Origin: Synechococcus sp.
GTDB taxonomy: Bacteria; Cyanobacteriota; Cyanobacteriia; PCC-6307; Cyanobiaceae
DNA length: 64,000 nt
Reading direction: 5' to 3'
Assembly (NCBI GenBank): GCA_047284725.1
Contig: JBJBEO010000001.1
Location: forward strand, 2,296,203 to 2,360,202
Of the stretch, positions 24,184-34,295 are shown in pieces. Position 1 is the first letter of the stretch. The number at the start of each line of letters is the position of its first letter. The notes below the pieces were generated by a model. The model had not been told where the DNA came from and made no database searches. It saw nothing but the letters and a program-made list of their open reading frames with translations. The translations under genes were made by a program, and so were the position numbers.

Positions 24184-25471
24184 GGGAGCAATGCCCGTGG
24201 CACCATCATTCTCGGCAGAACCCACGGTTATCGACACCTCCGTCGCCAACACCAGCTCACTGAAGATCATTGCGCCCGAGGACCTGGCCGCAGCGCAAGA
24301 CGTGGTGCGCGCTCTGCACGCCAGCGCAAGCCCATGGATCCCCTCCGGCTTGGGCAGCCGCCTCGGCTGGGGAGCCGCGCTCCAGCCGGCACCACTGCTC
24401 AGTCTGCGCCACTGCAAGGCCGTGGTCGACCACGCCATCGACGACCTCACCATCACGGTGCAGGCCGGTTTGCCGTTATGCGAGCTTCAGACCGTGCTGG
24501 CGGAGCACAACCAATGGCTCCCGATCGACTGGCCCTGGGGAACCAATCCCAGCCAGCCGACCTCGACGGGCACGGTGGGGGGTCTGGTGGCACGGGGACT
24601 GTCAGGAAGCCTGCGTCAACGCCATCTGGGAGTGCGCGATCAGATCATCGGTATCGGCCTGATCCGCAGCGACGGTGTTGAGGCCCATGCCGGAGGCCGG
24701 GTGGTGAAAAACGTGGCTGGCTACGACCTGATGCGCCTGCTCTGTGGCAGCTGGGGCAGCTTGGCCCTGATCAGCGAGCTCACCTTGCGCGTGCAACCGA
24801 TCCGGCCGGCCCGAGCGCTGCTGCAACTCCACGGTGATCTGCCCCAGCTCGAAGCCTGGCGTGCAGCAGTGGTGGCCAGCAGCCTCACCCCCGAACTGCT
24901 GCAGTGGAAGAGCCACCCCGATCAACCGGTCGATGTGCAGGTGGGTATTGCCAGCGTCAGCGATGTGGCCGTGGACGACCAGCTGAACCGCCTCGAGGAC
25001 CTTGCCGGACTCCACCAACTGAGCGCGGAACGACACCCCTGGGATGGTCCTCTGCCACCAGCCATCCCCATGGCGATCCAGCCAACACCTCCCCAGCCGG
25101 ACACTCCCGCCTGGCTGGTGCGCCTCAGCCTGCCACCGACCCAGGTCGCCCCCCTGTTGCTGAGCCCTGAAAGCCAGATGCTGCACGACTGGCACTGGCA
25201 CCTGGCGGCAGGGAGCGGTTGTGGCGATGGCTGGAGCACCTCGCCTCTTCCTGCCTACCAACTCGAGGCCCTGCGGCGGCGCGTTCAGAGCCTGGGAGGT
25301 CAGCTCACCCTGCTGGTGCAACCCTCAGCACCATCCTCTACCGCCCTGGCGGCCTGGCTGGATGCACCGTCACGACCGCTGATTGAAGCGGTGAAACGCC
25401 AGTTCGACCCCCGTCAGCAACTCTGCCGCGGCCGCCTGCCGGGGGTGGCTGATCCCTTCACACCTGGCTGA
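24182..25471 (+). CDS. glcE: FAD-binding oxidoreductase, GlcE-like (start 24182 or 24191)
   Basis: DLTITVQAG, GTVGGLVA, GGRVVKNVAGYDL and KRQFDP. Confidence 0.85.
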   Translation: MGAMPVAPSFSAEPTVIDTSVANTSSLKIIAPEDLAAAQDVVRALHASASPWIPSGLGSRLGWGAALQPAPLLSLRHCKAVVDHAIDDLTITVQAGLPLCELQTVLAEHNQWLPIDWPWGTNPSQPTSTGTVGGLVARGLSGSLRQRHLGVRDQIIGIGLIRSDGVEAHAGGRVVKNVAGYDLMRLLCGSWGSLALISELTLRVQPIRPARALLQLHGDLPQLEAWRAAVVASSLTPELLQWKSHPDQPVDVQVGIASVSDVAVDDQLNRLEDLAGLHQLSAERHPWDGPLPPAIPMAIQPTPPQPDTPAWLVRLSLPPTQVAPLLLSPESQMLHDWHWHLAAGSGCGDGWSTSPLPAYQLEALRRRVQSLGGQLTLLVQPSAPSSTALAAWLDAPSRPLIEAVKRQFDPRQQLCRGRLPGVADPFTPG

Positions 25472-26324
25472 GTTGATAGACACAACGCAGCTTGAGGCTT
25501 TCGCCGGCCGCCAGTTCCAGCTTGCGATCACCACTCACCAATGCCTGGCGGGGACCGGTCCAGGGCTCGAGACAAACCATGCGGCGGGGCGGTTCGGTCC
25601 ACACCACAGTGAGGTCCATCGGTGGCGAATGCTGCAACTGCAAGCGAGTGCCGGCCAGCTCATCCACCAGGGTCACCGGCCCCGAAGGACGACTGAGGAA
25701 ATCCACCCCTTGGGGCAAGGCTCCCAGCTGCGTTGCTGTGTCGGCCTCAGCCATGTCCAAGTGGTTGAAGCATCGGGTGGCCAGCCCCTCCAGCCGCGCG
25801 CGGCTGAGATCACGGACGTTGAAGTAAGGATGCAAGCCGAAACTGAACGGCATCAGGCCGGCACCATCGCCGCAGTGCTCCACGGTGGTGACGATCTCGA
25901 GGGCCTGCGACCGAGACCTCACCTCCATGCTGAGCCGGAAGGGAAAAGGAAAAGCCTCCCGGCTCTGAGGGGTGTCGCTGAGGCGCAACTGAATACCGCT
26001 CTGATCCCCGAGCAATTGCAACTGCCAAGGCAGATCGCGAGCGAACCCATGCTGCTTGAGGGTGTGGTCGACGCCGTTCACCGGCAACACATCGCCGGGG
26101 AGGTTGCCGCAAATAGGGAACAGCACCGGAATGCCACCACGGATGCTTTTGGAGGAGTCGGCGTAGCGCTCCTGGTCGAAATAGAGCATCTCCCGGCCAT
26201 CGCAGCACCACTGGGTGACCAGACCGCCGCGCTCAGGCACGATGCGCAGACGATCACCACTGGTGGGATGCACAAATTCCCAGTGGGAATAGGGCGCGGA
26301 TTGCTGGGTGAGTGTCATGGCCAT
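25458..26324 (-). CDS. Aldose 1-epimerase family protein
   Basis: IRGGIPVLFP, QHGFARD, FGLHPYF and VCLEPW. Confidence 0.9.
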   Translation of the reverse strand: MAMTLTQQSAPYSHWEFVHPTSGDRLRIVPERGGLVTQWCCDGREMLYFDQERYADSSKSIRGGIPVLFPICGNLPGDVLPVNGVDHTLKQHGFARDLPWQLQLLGDQSGIQLRLSDTPQSREAFPFPFRLSMEVRSRSQALEIVTTVEHCGDGAGLMPFSFGLHPYFNVRDLSRARLEGLATRCFNHLDMAEADTATQLGALPQGVDFLSRPSGPVTLVDELAGTRLQLQHSPPMDLTVVWTEPPRRMVCLEPWTGPRQALVSGDRKLELAAGESLKLRCVYQLSQV

Positions 26325-27322
26325 CAACCTGCTGCACTCAAGTGTGGAGCCACGACCGGCAACTGCTGCAACCACTCGAGCAGGGCCGCATTCACCTGCG
26401 CGGGCACTTCATCGTGGGGACAGTGCCCCGCCTCAAGCACCACTTCCGTGGTGGCCTGCGGGGCATGGCGCTGGAAACTGGCGCGCCGGCCAGCGGCATT
26501 GATCCAGGGATCACGGATCCCCCACAGCAACAGCAGAGGAGCGCTCAGCTCTGCAAACAATTCATCCAGGGGCTGTCCTCTGGGAATGTCGAAAACGGTG
26601 CGAAAGACGCCAAAGGCACCCGGATCACAGGACGGCAATCGAATCGCTTCCACGAGTTCCTCGTCCACGTTGGTGGCATCGATGTACACCTGACGCAGGG
26701 TTCGACGGATCGAAGCTGGCCGTCGCATGTTCTCAAACAACAGGCGCTGCAGCACAGGGCTTTTCAGCAACGCCATGCCGATGGTCTGACGGGCAATCGC
26801 TCCCCAGCCCTGGGGTTGGCGTTGCTCGTCACTGAAGGGGCCGGCGGCATTGAGAAGCACCACACCGGCACAATCGCTGCCAAGAGCGGCACCGGCGGCG
26901 AGGGCGGCAAACCCACCGAGGGAATTACCGGCGATCACCGTGGGGCGGCCGATGCGCTCGCGGATGTAGGCACTGAGCTGGTCGCGCCACAGGACACCGC
27001 CATAGGTGAGCCCCGCCGGCTTGGCACTGCGACCGAAACCAAGCAGATCCAGGGCGTGCACCTCGTGGGTTCGCGCGAGGACTGGGATGTTGTGGCGCCA
27101 GTGATCGGTGGAGGCGCCAAAGCCATGCACCAGCAGCAGGGCTGGCTTCGTCACGGCAGCTGCGGCGTCCGCTGTCTCCTCACCGGGGCCGCAGCTCAGG
27201 CAGTGCACTGGGTGAGCCTGAAACTGCCAGGGCTCACAGCGGGTCCTTGGCAACCGCTGGCTCACCAGATCCTGGGCCTGTTGTACTCGCGCTTCCGGAG
27301 CTGCTTCTGGAGCAAGGGTCAC
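26324..27322 (-). CDS. Alpha/beta hydrolase
   Basis: LVHGFGAS, DLLGFGRS, nucleophile elbow GNSLGG and GHCPHDE. Confidence 0.92.
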   Translation of the reverse strand: MTLAPEAAPEARVQQAQDLVSQRLPRTRCEPWQFQAHPVHCLSCGPGEETADAAAAVTKPALLLVHGFGASTDHWRHNIPVLARTHEVHALDLLGFGRSAKPAGLTYGGVLWRDQLSAYIRERIGRPTVIAGNSLGGFAALAAGAALGSDCAGVVLLNAAGPFSDEQRQPQGWGAIARQTIGMALLKSPVLQRLLFENMRRPASIRRTLRQVYIDATNVDEELVEAIRLPSCDPGAFGVFRTVFDIPRGQPLDELFAELSAPLLLLWGIRDPWINAAGRRASFQRHAPQATTEVVLEAGHCPHDEVPAQVNAALLEWLQQLPVVAPHLSAAG

Positions 27323-27375
27323 GACAGGTCTCGCCTTGGGCAGTGATGCTAAGGAGCCCTGCCGGCTGCTGTTCC

Positions 27376-27699
27376 GTGGACGCGTTCGCCCTGGGCTATG
27401 GCCCCCTCAACGATCCGACCACCCTGCGCGGTGCCCTGTTCTGGGCGTTGGCGTTGTATGTGCCCCTGAGCGGTCCGCTGTCGCGCTTTGAAACCAGCCT
27501 GACCAACGGCCCCCTCAGTGACCGTTGGCAGCAGATCGTGCTGATCACCAGCAGTTTGCTGCTGGCCCTGGCCGTCGGCCTGTTGGTGCAGCTGCTGCTG
27601 AGCTGGAGCCTGGCGCCTGGTTGGGGCTCCAGCCTTGGCGTTGTGGCGGTGGGCTGGAGTGTTTTGCTCGTCCTCGCCAATGCCGGGAAAGACGACTGA
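27376..27699 (+). CDS. Small hypothetical membrane protein
   Basis: Three hydrophobic segments; GTG start inferred to avoid overlapping the hydrolase. Confidence 0.65.
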   Translation: MDAFALGYGPLNDPTTLRGALFWALALYVPLSGPLSRFETSLTNGPLSDRWQQIVLITSSLLLALAVGLLVQLLLSWSLAPGWGSSLGVVAVGWSVLLVLANAGKDD

Positions 27700-27700
27700 T

Positions 27701-29098
27701 TCAGGAGGCCCCCGCCAGGGGATCCGCTGCGAGTTGGTCGGGGACTTGATTGCCGTCCTCAGGGGGTTTGTCTTTGAGGACGATGCGCAACAGCACCGGC
27801 GCCAGAAAGGTGGTGCCGATCACCATCAGCAAAATCGCCGCTTCGAGTCCAGGGGTGAGCAACCCGGAGGCGGTTCCGAGACCCAGGAAAATCAAACCGA
27901 CCTCGCCGCGGGGCATCATTCCCAGACCCACAACCAGGTTGTTGGTCTTTTCCTTGCTGAAGATGGCCCAGCCGGCAGCCACCTTGCCGATGATCGCCAC
28001 CACAAACAGGAAAGCAGCCACCACCAGGGCGGCACTGGCCCCGGGGTCGGAGGGATTGATCACTGAGAGGTCCATGCCGGCGCCCACCAACACGAAGAAA
28101 ACGGTGGCAAACAGATCAACGATGGGGGTGACCGCCGCCTGAATCTCGTGGCGATGTTTGGACGTGCTGGCGATCAAGCCGGCGGCGAAAGCCCCAAGGG
28201 CGGCTTCCAGTCCGATGGCTGAAGCCACAAAACAGCTGACGGCCAGAAGCAGATAGGAGCCGATCAGCTTGGCGCCGGGGGCCTTGAGCTGATCAATCAC
28301 CCAGTCGAAGGCAGGAGACGCCTTCTGGCTCAACAACAGGGCCACCACCACGAACAGCACCGCTGCCACCACCAGCTGAACGATGGGCCCAATTTCCAGG
28401 CTGCCGCCGGCTGCCAGGGAGACGACGATGGCCAGGATGACGATGCCGAGGATGTCGTCGAGCACGGCGGCGCCGATCACGATCTGGCCCTCACGGGTGC
28501 GCAGGTAACCCAGCTCACTGAACACGCTGGCGGTGATGCCGATGCTGGTGGCCGTCATCGAGGCGCCCGCAAAGATGGCTGGGATCGCATCGACGTGGAA
28601 GATCGCCATCAGGCCAAGGGTGCCGAGGGCGAAAGGCAGCACTACACCCACCACAGCGACGCTGAAGGCCTGAGCCCCCACCGCCATCAGTTCCTCCAGT
28701 TCACTTTCGAGCCCTACTGAGAAGAGCAGGGAGTAAAGCCCCAGCGTGGCCACCGCCTGCAGGGCGCCGAAGCTCTCGTTGTAGAGGGTTGGAATCTCCT
28801 CCACCGGCACATGCGAAAGGCCGGACACCACCTCAGAGAAGACTCCGGATAGCTGCACCTGGGTCTCCGGCGGCACCAGAAGATGCAGGCCCGAGGCACC
28901 AATCAGCACGCCAGCAAGGAGTTCCCCAAGAATCGTGGGCAGCTCGAAGCGCACCAACACCTCGGCGAGGGTACGGGCCGCCACGAAGATCAGCATGAAG
29001 CGAAGGACGCCGATCAGCGTTTCCGCCACCTCCAGGTCGTGGCTGCTGAGTTCACTCAGCATTGGCGGAAGCTCGGCCAGCTCCGGCGGGATGAACAT
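27701..29098 (-). CDS. CPA2-family Na+/H+ antiporter (NhaS3-like)
   Basis: GELLAGV, TATSIGIT, AAVLDDILG, LGAFAAG and GMMPRGEVG. Confidence 0.92.
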   Translation of the reverse strand: MFIPPELAELPPMLSELSSHDLEVAETLIGVLRFMLIFVAARTLAEVLVRFELPTILGELLAGVLIGASGLHLLVPPETQVQLSGVFSEVVSGLSHVPVEEIPTLYNESFGALQAVATLGLYSLLFSVGLESELEELMAVGAQAFSVAVVGVVLPFALGTLGLMAIFHVDAIPAIFAGASMTATSIGITASVFSELGYLRTREGQIVIGAAVLDDILGIVILAIVVSLAAGGSLEIGPIVQLVVAAVLFVVVALLLSQKASPAFDWVIDQLKAPGAKLIGSYLLLAVSCFVASAIGLEAALGAFAAGLIASTSKHRHEIQAAVTPIVDLFATVFFVLVGAGMDLSVINPSDPGASAALVVAAFLFVVAIIGKVAAGWAIFSKEKTNNLVVGLGMMPRGEVGLIFLGLGTASGLLTPGLEAAILLMVIGTTFLAPVLLRIVLKDKPPEDGNQVPDQLAADPLAGAS

Positions 29099-29232
29099 CA
29101 ACGGGATCGCTCCAGAACGCTTCGGACCTTAGGGGACATCTTCTCGCGCAACTGCTCACCTGAAGCAAGGACAAGCCCCCGAACCATGGCTACGTTCCGC
29201 GCACTGGACCAGCTCTCGGGGCCGCGCGCGCG

Positions 29233-31662
29233 ATGACCACCATGCCCGCTCAATCGTCTCTGCCCGAAGTGGAACGGCCCCTTGAAGAGGAGCTGCAACA
29301 ACTTGATGCGTACTGGCGCACGGCCAACTACCTGGCCGTGGGCATGATCTATCTGCAGGCCAATCCGCTGCTGCGGGAACCTCTACGGCCCGAGCACATC
29401 AAAAACCGCCTGCTGGGCCACTGGGGCTCCAGCCCTGGTCAGGCCTTCATCTGGACCCACGCCAACCGACTGATCAACAAGTATGACCTCGACATGATCT
29501 ACATGTCAGGACCGGGGCATGGGGCCCCAGGCATGCGCGGACCGGTGTACATCGATGGCAGCTACAGCGAGCGGTATCCCGACAAGTCGCTGGATGCTGA
29601 AGGGCTGCGCAAATTTTTCAAGATGTTCTCCTTCCCGGGGCACATCGGCAGCCACTGCACAGCTGAAACTCCGGGCTCGATCCATGAAGGCGGTGAACTG
29701 GGCTATGTGCTCTCCCACGCCTGCGGCGCTGTATTCGACAACCCCGAGTTGATCACGATCGCCTGCATCGGCGACGGCGAAGCCGAAACCGGTCCCCTGG
29801 CCACCAGCTGGCATATCAACAAATTCCTCAATCCCATCCACGACGGTGCGGTGCTGCCCGTGCTGCACCTCAACGGCTACAAAATCGCCAACCCCTCGAT
29901 TCTCAGCCGAATTCCCCCTGAAGAACTCACCAGCTTGATGCGTGGCTACGGCTGGGAGCCGCTGTTTGTGGAGGGTTGCGAACCGATGGCCATGCACAGC
30001 CAGATGGCCCAGGCCATGGAGCAGGCTGTACTGACGATCCGCACCATTCAGACAGACGCCCGCCGCAGCGGCGATGCACACCGCCCTCGCTGGCCGATGA
30101 TCGTGCTCAGGTCACCAAAAGGGTGGACGGGCCCAGCGGAGGTCGACGGCAAAAAGCTGGAGAATTTCTGGCGCTCCCATCAGGTTCCGGTTGGGGACGT
30201 GAAGACCAACCCCGCCCACCTGCAGGTGCTCGAGGACTGGCTGAAGAGCTACAGGCCCTGGGAGCTGTTTGAGAGCAACGGGGCGGTCAAGGAGGAGATC
30301 CGCGCCCTTGCGCCCAAGGGAGACCGTCGCATGGGGTCCAATCCCCACACCAACGGCGGTGTGCTGCGCAAGGCACTGGTGTTCCCAGACCTGAATGACT
30401 ACGCGGTACCAGTGCCAAGCCCGGGCGCCAGCGAAACCGAAAACACCGTGCCGCTGGGCCAGCTGATCCGCGACCTGATCCGCCGCAACCCCCACGCCTA
30501 TCGCCTGTTCGGACCGGATGAAACCGCCTCGAATCGACTGCAGGCGGTCTATGAAGCCAGCAAAAAGGTGTGGATGGCGGAGTACCTGCCCGAGGACCTC
30601 AATGGCAGTGAACTGGCCCGCGACGGTGCCGTGGTGGAGATGCTCTCAGAGCACACACTGGTGGGAATGATGGATGGCTATCTGCTCACCGGCCGCAACG
30701 CCTTCTTCCACACCTACGAGGCCTTCGCGCACGTGATCGCCTCGATGTACAACCAGCACTGCAAATGGCTGGAGCACTGTGAGGAGATCTCCTGGCGCGC
30801 ACCGATTGGCCCCTGGAACTGTCTGATCTCATCCACCGTGTGGCGACAAGACCACAACGGCTTCACCCATCAGGATCCCGGCTTCATGGATCTGGCCGGC
30901 AACAAAAAGGGCAGCATCACCCGCGTCTATCTGCCGGCGGATGCCAACTGCCTGCTGGCGGTCGCGGAGCAGGCCCTCACCGAAACGAATGTGGCCAACA
31001 TCATCGTGTCGGACAAGCAGAAGCATCTGCAGTACCTAGGCCTCGAAGAAGCCCGCCGCCATGTGGCGAAAGGGGCCAGCATCTGGGCATGGGCCTGCAA
31101 CGACGATTGCGGTCCGGAACCGGACGAACCGGATGTGGTGCTGGCATCCGCTGGTGACATTCCCACCAAGGAATGCCTGGCGGCGATCGAAATCCTGCGG
31201 GAGCGCATTCCCCAGCTGAAGGTGCGCTACGTGAATGTCGTGAAGCTGTTTGCGATGGCCAATCCCAAAGACCATCCCCACGGCATGAGCGACTGCGACT
31301 TCACCAGCCTGTTCACCCCCGACAGACCGGTGATTTTCAACTTCCACGGCTACCCCTGGCTCATTCACCGCCTCACCTACAACCGCCCCAACCACGCCAA
31401 CATTCATGTGCGGGGTTACAAGGAGCAAGGCAACATCAACACACCACTGGAGCTGGCGATCGTGAACCAGATCGATCGCTTCAATCTGGTGATCGATGTC
31501 ATCAACCGGGTACCGAGCCTCGGATCACGGGCCGCCCACGTGAAAGAACAGATGAAGGACGAGATCTTCCGCCACCGCGCCTATGCCTACGAGCACGGCA
31601 CGGATGCACCGGAAATCAGCAACTGGCACTGGAGCCTCGGTCACAGTTCCTGCACGCGATGA
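29233..31662 (+). CDS. xfp: Phosphoketolase
   Basis: LLGHWG, GPGHG, EGGELGY, GDGEAETGPL, LHLNGYKI and QDHNGFTHQDP. Confidence 0.97.
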   Translation: MTTMPAQSSLPEVERPLEEELQQLDAYWRTANYLAVGMIYLQANPLLREPLRPEHIKNRLLGHWGSSPGQAFIWTHANRLINKYDLDMIYMSGPGHGAPGMRGPVYIDGSYSERYPDKSLDAEGLRKFFKMFSFPGHIGSHCTAETPGSIHEGGELGYVLSHACGAVFDNPELITIACIGDGEAETGPLATSWHINKFLNPIHDGAVLPVLHLNGYKIANPSILSRIPPEELTSLMRGYGWEPLFVEGCEPMAMHSQMAQAMEQAVLTIRTIQTDARRSGDAHRPRWPMIVLRSPKGWTGPAEVDGKKLENFWRSHQVPVGDVKTNPAHLQVLEDWLKSYRPWELFESNGAVKEEIRALAPKGDRRMGSNPHTNGGVLRKALVFPDLNDYAVPVPSPGASETENTVPLGQLIRDLIRRNPHAYRLFGPDETASNRLQAVYEASKKVWMAEYLPEDLNGSELARDGAVVEMLSEHTLVGMMDGYLLTGRNAFFHTYEAFAHVIASMYNQHCKWLEHCEEISWRAPIGPWNCLISSTVWRQDHNGFTHQDPGFMDLAGNKKGSITRVYLPADANCLLAVAEQALTETNVANIIVSDKQKHLQYLGLEEARRHVAKGASIWAWACNDDCGPEPDEPDVVLASAGDIPTKECLAAIEILRERIPQLKVRYVNVVKLFAMANPKDHPHGMSDCDFTSLFTPDRPVIFNFHGYPWLIHRLTYNRPNHANIHVRGYKEQGNINTPLELAIVNQIDRFNLVIDVINRVPSLGSRAAHVKEQMKDEIFRHRAYAYEHGTDAPEISNWHWSLGHSSCTR

Positions 31663-31729
31663 CCTGTTCGGGGTTCAAGCCATCCACACTTGGGTTGATT
31701 CATCTGAACACCGTCATATCTCCGCCGCC

Positions 31730-34252
31730 ATGACCACCTCCAAGCCCCTCGACCTGAGTCTCCCCACCCCCGGCTGCCTGGCAGATGCGGAGCGCTCCGG
31801 CCTCGATGCGGATGCCGTGTTCGACGGCATGACCGAGCACCTGTTCTTCACCCTCGGGAAACTGGCCCCGACCGCCAGCCTCCATGACCTCTACATGGCC
31901 CTGAGTTACGCGGTGCGCGACCGACTGATGGCCCGCTATCTGGCCAGCCTGGAAGCGATCCGCGCCCGGCCGCAGAAAACGGTGGCCTACCTCTCGGCTG
32001 AATTCCTGATTGGTCCGCAGCTGAACAACAACCTGCTCAACCTCGGCATTCAGAAGGAGGCGGAACAGGCCGTCCGCCGCTTTGGCGTGGAGTCATTGCA
32101 ACAGATTCTCGACGTGGAAGAGGAGCCCGGTCTGGGCAACGGTGGCCTGGGCCGCCTGGCTGCTTGCTACATGGAATCCCTCGCCAGCCTCGAGGTACCG
32201 GCCACCGGGTACGGCATCCGCTATGAGTTCGGCATCTTCGACCAGCTGATTCGCGATGGCTGGCAGGTGGAGGTCACCGACAAGTGGCTGAAGGGTGGCT
32301 GGCCTTGGGAACTGCCCCAGCCTGACGAGGCCTGTTTCGTGGGCTTCGGTGGCCGCACCGAGAGCTATCTCGACGACAAGGGGAACTACCGGTCCCGCTG
32401 GATTCCTGGTGAGCATGCCATCGGGGTGCCCCACGACGTCCCGGTCCTGGGCTATCGGGTGAACACCTGCGATCGACTGCGCTTGTGGCGGGCGGATGCC
32501 ACCGAAAGCTTCGACTTCTATGCCTTCAACATCGGCGACTACTACGGCGCTGTGGAGGAGAAGGTGGGCAGCGAAACCCTCTCCAAGGTGCTTTATCCAA
32601 ACGATGGCACCGATGAAGGTCGCCGCCTGCGCCTGAAGCAGCAGCACTTCTTTGTGAGCTGCTCTCTGCAGGACATGCTGCGCAGCCTTGACCATCGCGG
32701 CCTGCCGGTGGAGCGATTCGCCGACTTCTGGACGGTTCAGCTCAACGACACCCACCCCGCCATTGCCGTGGCGGAACTGATGCGCCTGCTGCTGGACGAC
32801 CGTCACCTCGCCTGGGAGACCGCCTGGAAGATCACCACCCAATCGGTGGCCTACACCAACCACACCCTGCTGCCGGAAGCCCTGGAGAAGTGGGACCTGC
32901 ATCTCTTTGCCAACCTGCTGCCCCGCCACCTGGAGCTGATCTATGAGATCAACCGCCGTTTCCTGCAGCAGGTACGCCTGCGCTTCCCTGGCAACGACGT
33001 GATCCTTCGCAAGCTCTCGATCATCGATGAAGAGGGCAACAAAGCCGTGCGCATGGCCCATCTGGCCACCATCGGCGCCCACCATGTGAATGGTGTGGCG
33101 GCACTGCACTCCGACCTCGTGCGCACCCAGCTGCTGCCTGAATTCGCGGCCCTCTGGCCGGAGAAGTTCACCAACGTCACCAATGGCGTCACCCCCCGCC
33201 GCTGGGTGGCCCTGGCCAACCCCGAACTCTCAACCCTGCTCGACGAGCGGGTGGGGAACGAATGGATCTCCAACATGGAGAACCTCAAGAGGCTGGAGGC
33301 CTTTCAGCACGACAACGGCTTCCTAGAGCAATGGGGCAACACCAAACTCACGGTGAAGCGAAAGCTCGCCAACTACATCCATCGCCACACCAATGTGCTG
33401 GTGGATCCGGCCAGCCTCTTTGACGTGCAGGTGAAGCGAATCCATGAATACAAGCGCCAGCACTTGAATGCCCTGCAGATCGTCACGCAATACCTGCGCA
33501 TCAAGAACGGCCTTGATGCCGGCATGGCGCCGCGCACGGTGATCTTCGGCGGCAAGGCAGCGCCCGGCTATTACATGGCCAAGCTGATCATCCGCTTCAT
33601 CAACGGCATCGCCGAAACGGTGAATGCCGACCCCGACATGGACGGCCGCCTGCGGGTGGTGTTCCTGCCCAATTACACCGTGAAACTGGGCGAACAGGTG
33701 TATCCAGGCTCTGACCTCTCGGAGCAGATCTCCACCGCCGGCAAGGAAGCCTCCGGCACCGGCAACATGAAGTTCGCCATGAATGGCGCTCTCACCATCG
33801 GCACCCTGGATGGCGCCAATGTGGAAATCCGCGAGCGGGTGGGAGGAGACAACTTCTTCCTCTTCGGCAAAACCGTGGAAGAGATTGCTGCTCTGAAGCG
33901 CAGCGGTTACTGCCCCTGGGACGTGGTGCAGTCGACCCCGGAGCTGGCGGAAGCGGTGCACCTGATCGAATCAGGCCACTTCAGCAACGGCGATGTGGAT
34001 CTGTTCCGCCCCCTGCTCGACAACCTCACCGGCAGCGACCCCTTCTTTGTGATGGCCGATTTCGCCGACTATCTGCGGGCCCAGGATTCCGTCAGCCAGG
34101 CCTGGAGCGATCGCATCCGCTGGAACCGCATGTCGGTGCTGAATTCAGCCCGCAGCGGCTTCTTTTCCTCCGACCGATCGATCCAGGAATACTGCGATCA
34201 AATCTGGAAAGTGGATCCACTCAGGGTCGACATCACCTGTGCCGCCCGCTGA
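31730..34252 (+). CDS. glgP: Glycogen phosphorylase
   Basis: GLGNGGLGRLAAC, QLNDTHP, KRIHEYKRQ and PLP site EASGTGNMK; start at MTTSKP. Confidence 0.97.
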   Translation: MTTSKPLDLSLPTPGCLADAERSGLDADAVFDGMTEHLFFTLGKLAPTASLHDLYMALSYAVRDRLMARYLASLEAIRARPQKTVAYLSAEFLIGPQLNNNLLNLGIQKEAEQAVRRFGVESLQQILDVEEEPGLGNGGLGRLAACYMESLASLEVPATGYGIRYEFGIFDQLIRDGWQVEVTDKWLKGGWPWELPQPDEACFVGFGGRTESYLDDKGNYRSRWIPGEHAIGVPHDVPVLGYRVNTCDRLRLWRADATESFDFYAFNIGDYYGAVEEKVGSETLSKVLYPNDGTDEGRRLRLKQQHFFVSCSLQDMLRSLDHRGLPVERFADFWTVQLNDTHPAIAVAELMRLLLDDRHLAWETAWKITTQSVAYTNHTLLPEALEKWDLHLFANLLPRHLELIYEINRRFLQQVRLRFPGNDVILRKLSIIDEEGNKAVRMAHLATIGAHHVNGVAALHSDLVRTQLLPEFAALWPEKFTNVTNGVTPRRWVALANPELSTLLDERVGNEWISNMENLKRLEAFQHDNGFLEQWGNTKLTVKRKLANYIHRHTNVLVDPASLFDVQVKRIHEYKRQHLNALQIVTQYLRIKNGLDAGMAPRTVIFGGKAAPGYYMAKLIIRFINGIAETVNADPDMDGRLRVVFLPNYTVKLGEQVYPGSDLSEQISTAGKEASGTGNMKFAMNGALTIGTLDGANVEIRERVGGDNFFLFGKTVEEIAALKRSGYCPWDVVQSTPELAEAVHLIESGHFSNGDVDLFRPLLDNLTGSDPFFVMADFADYLRAQDSVSQAWSDRIRWNRMSVLNSARSGFFSSDRSIQEYCDQIWKVDPLRVDITCAAR

Positions 34253-34295
34253 GGCACCACGTCAGTGCCGTGTCTGTGCGTGAACGAACGCTGCC

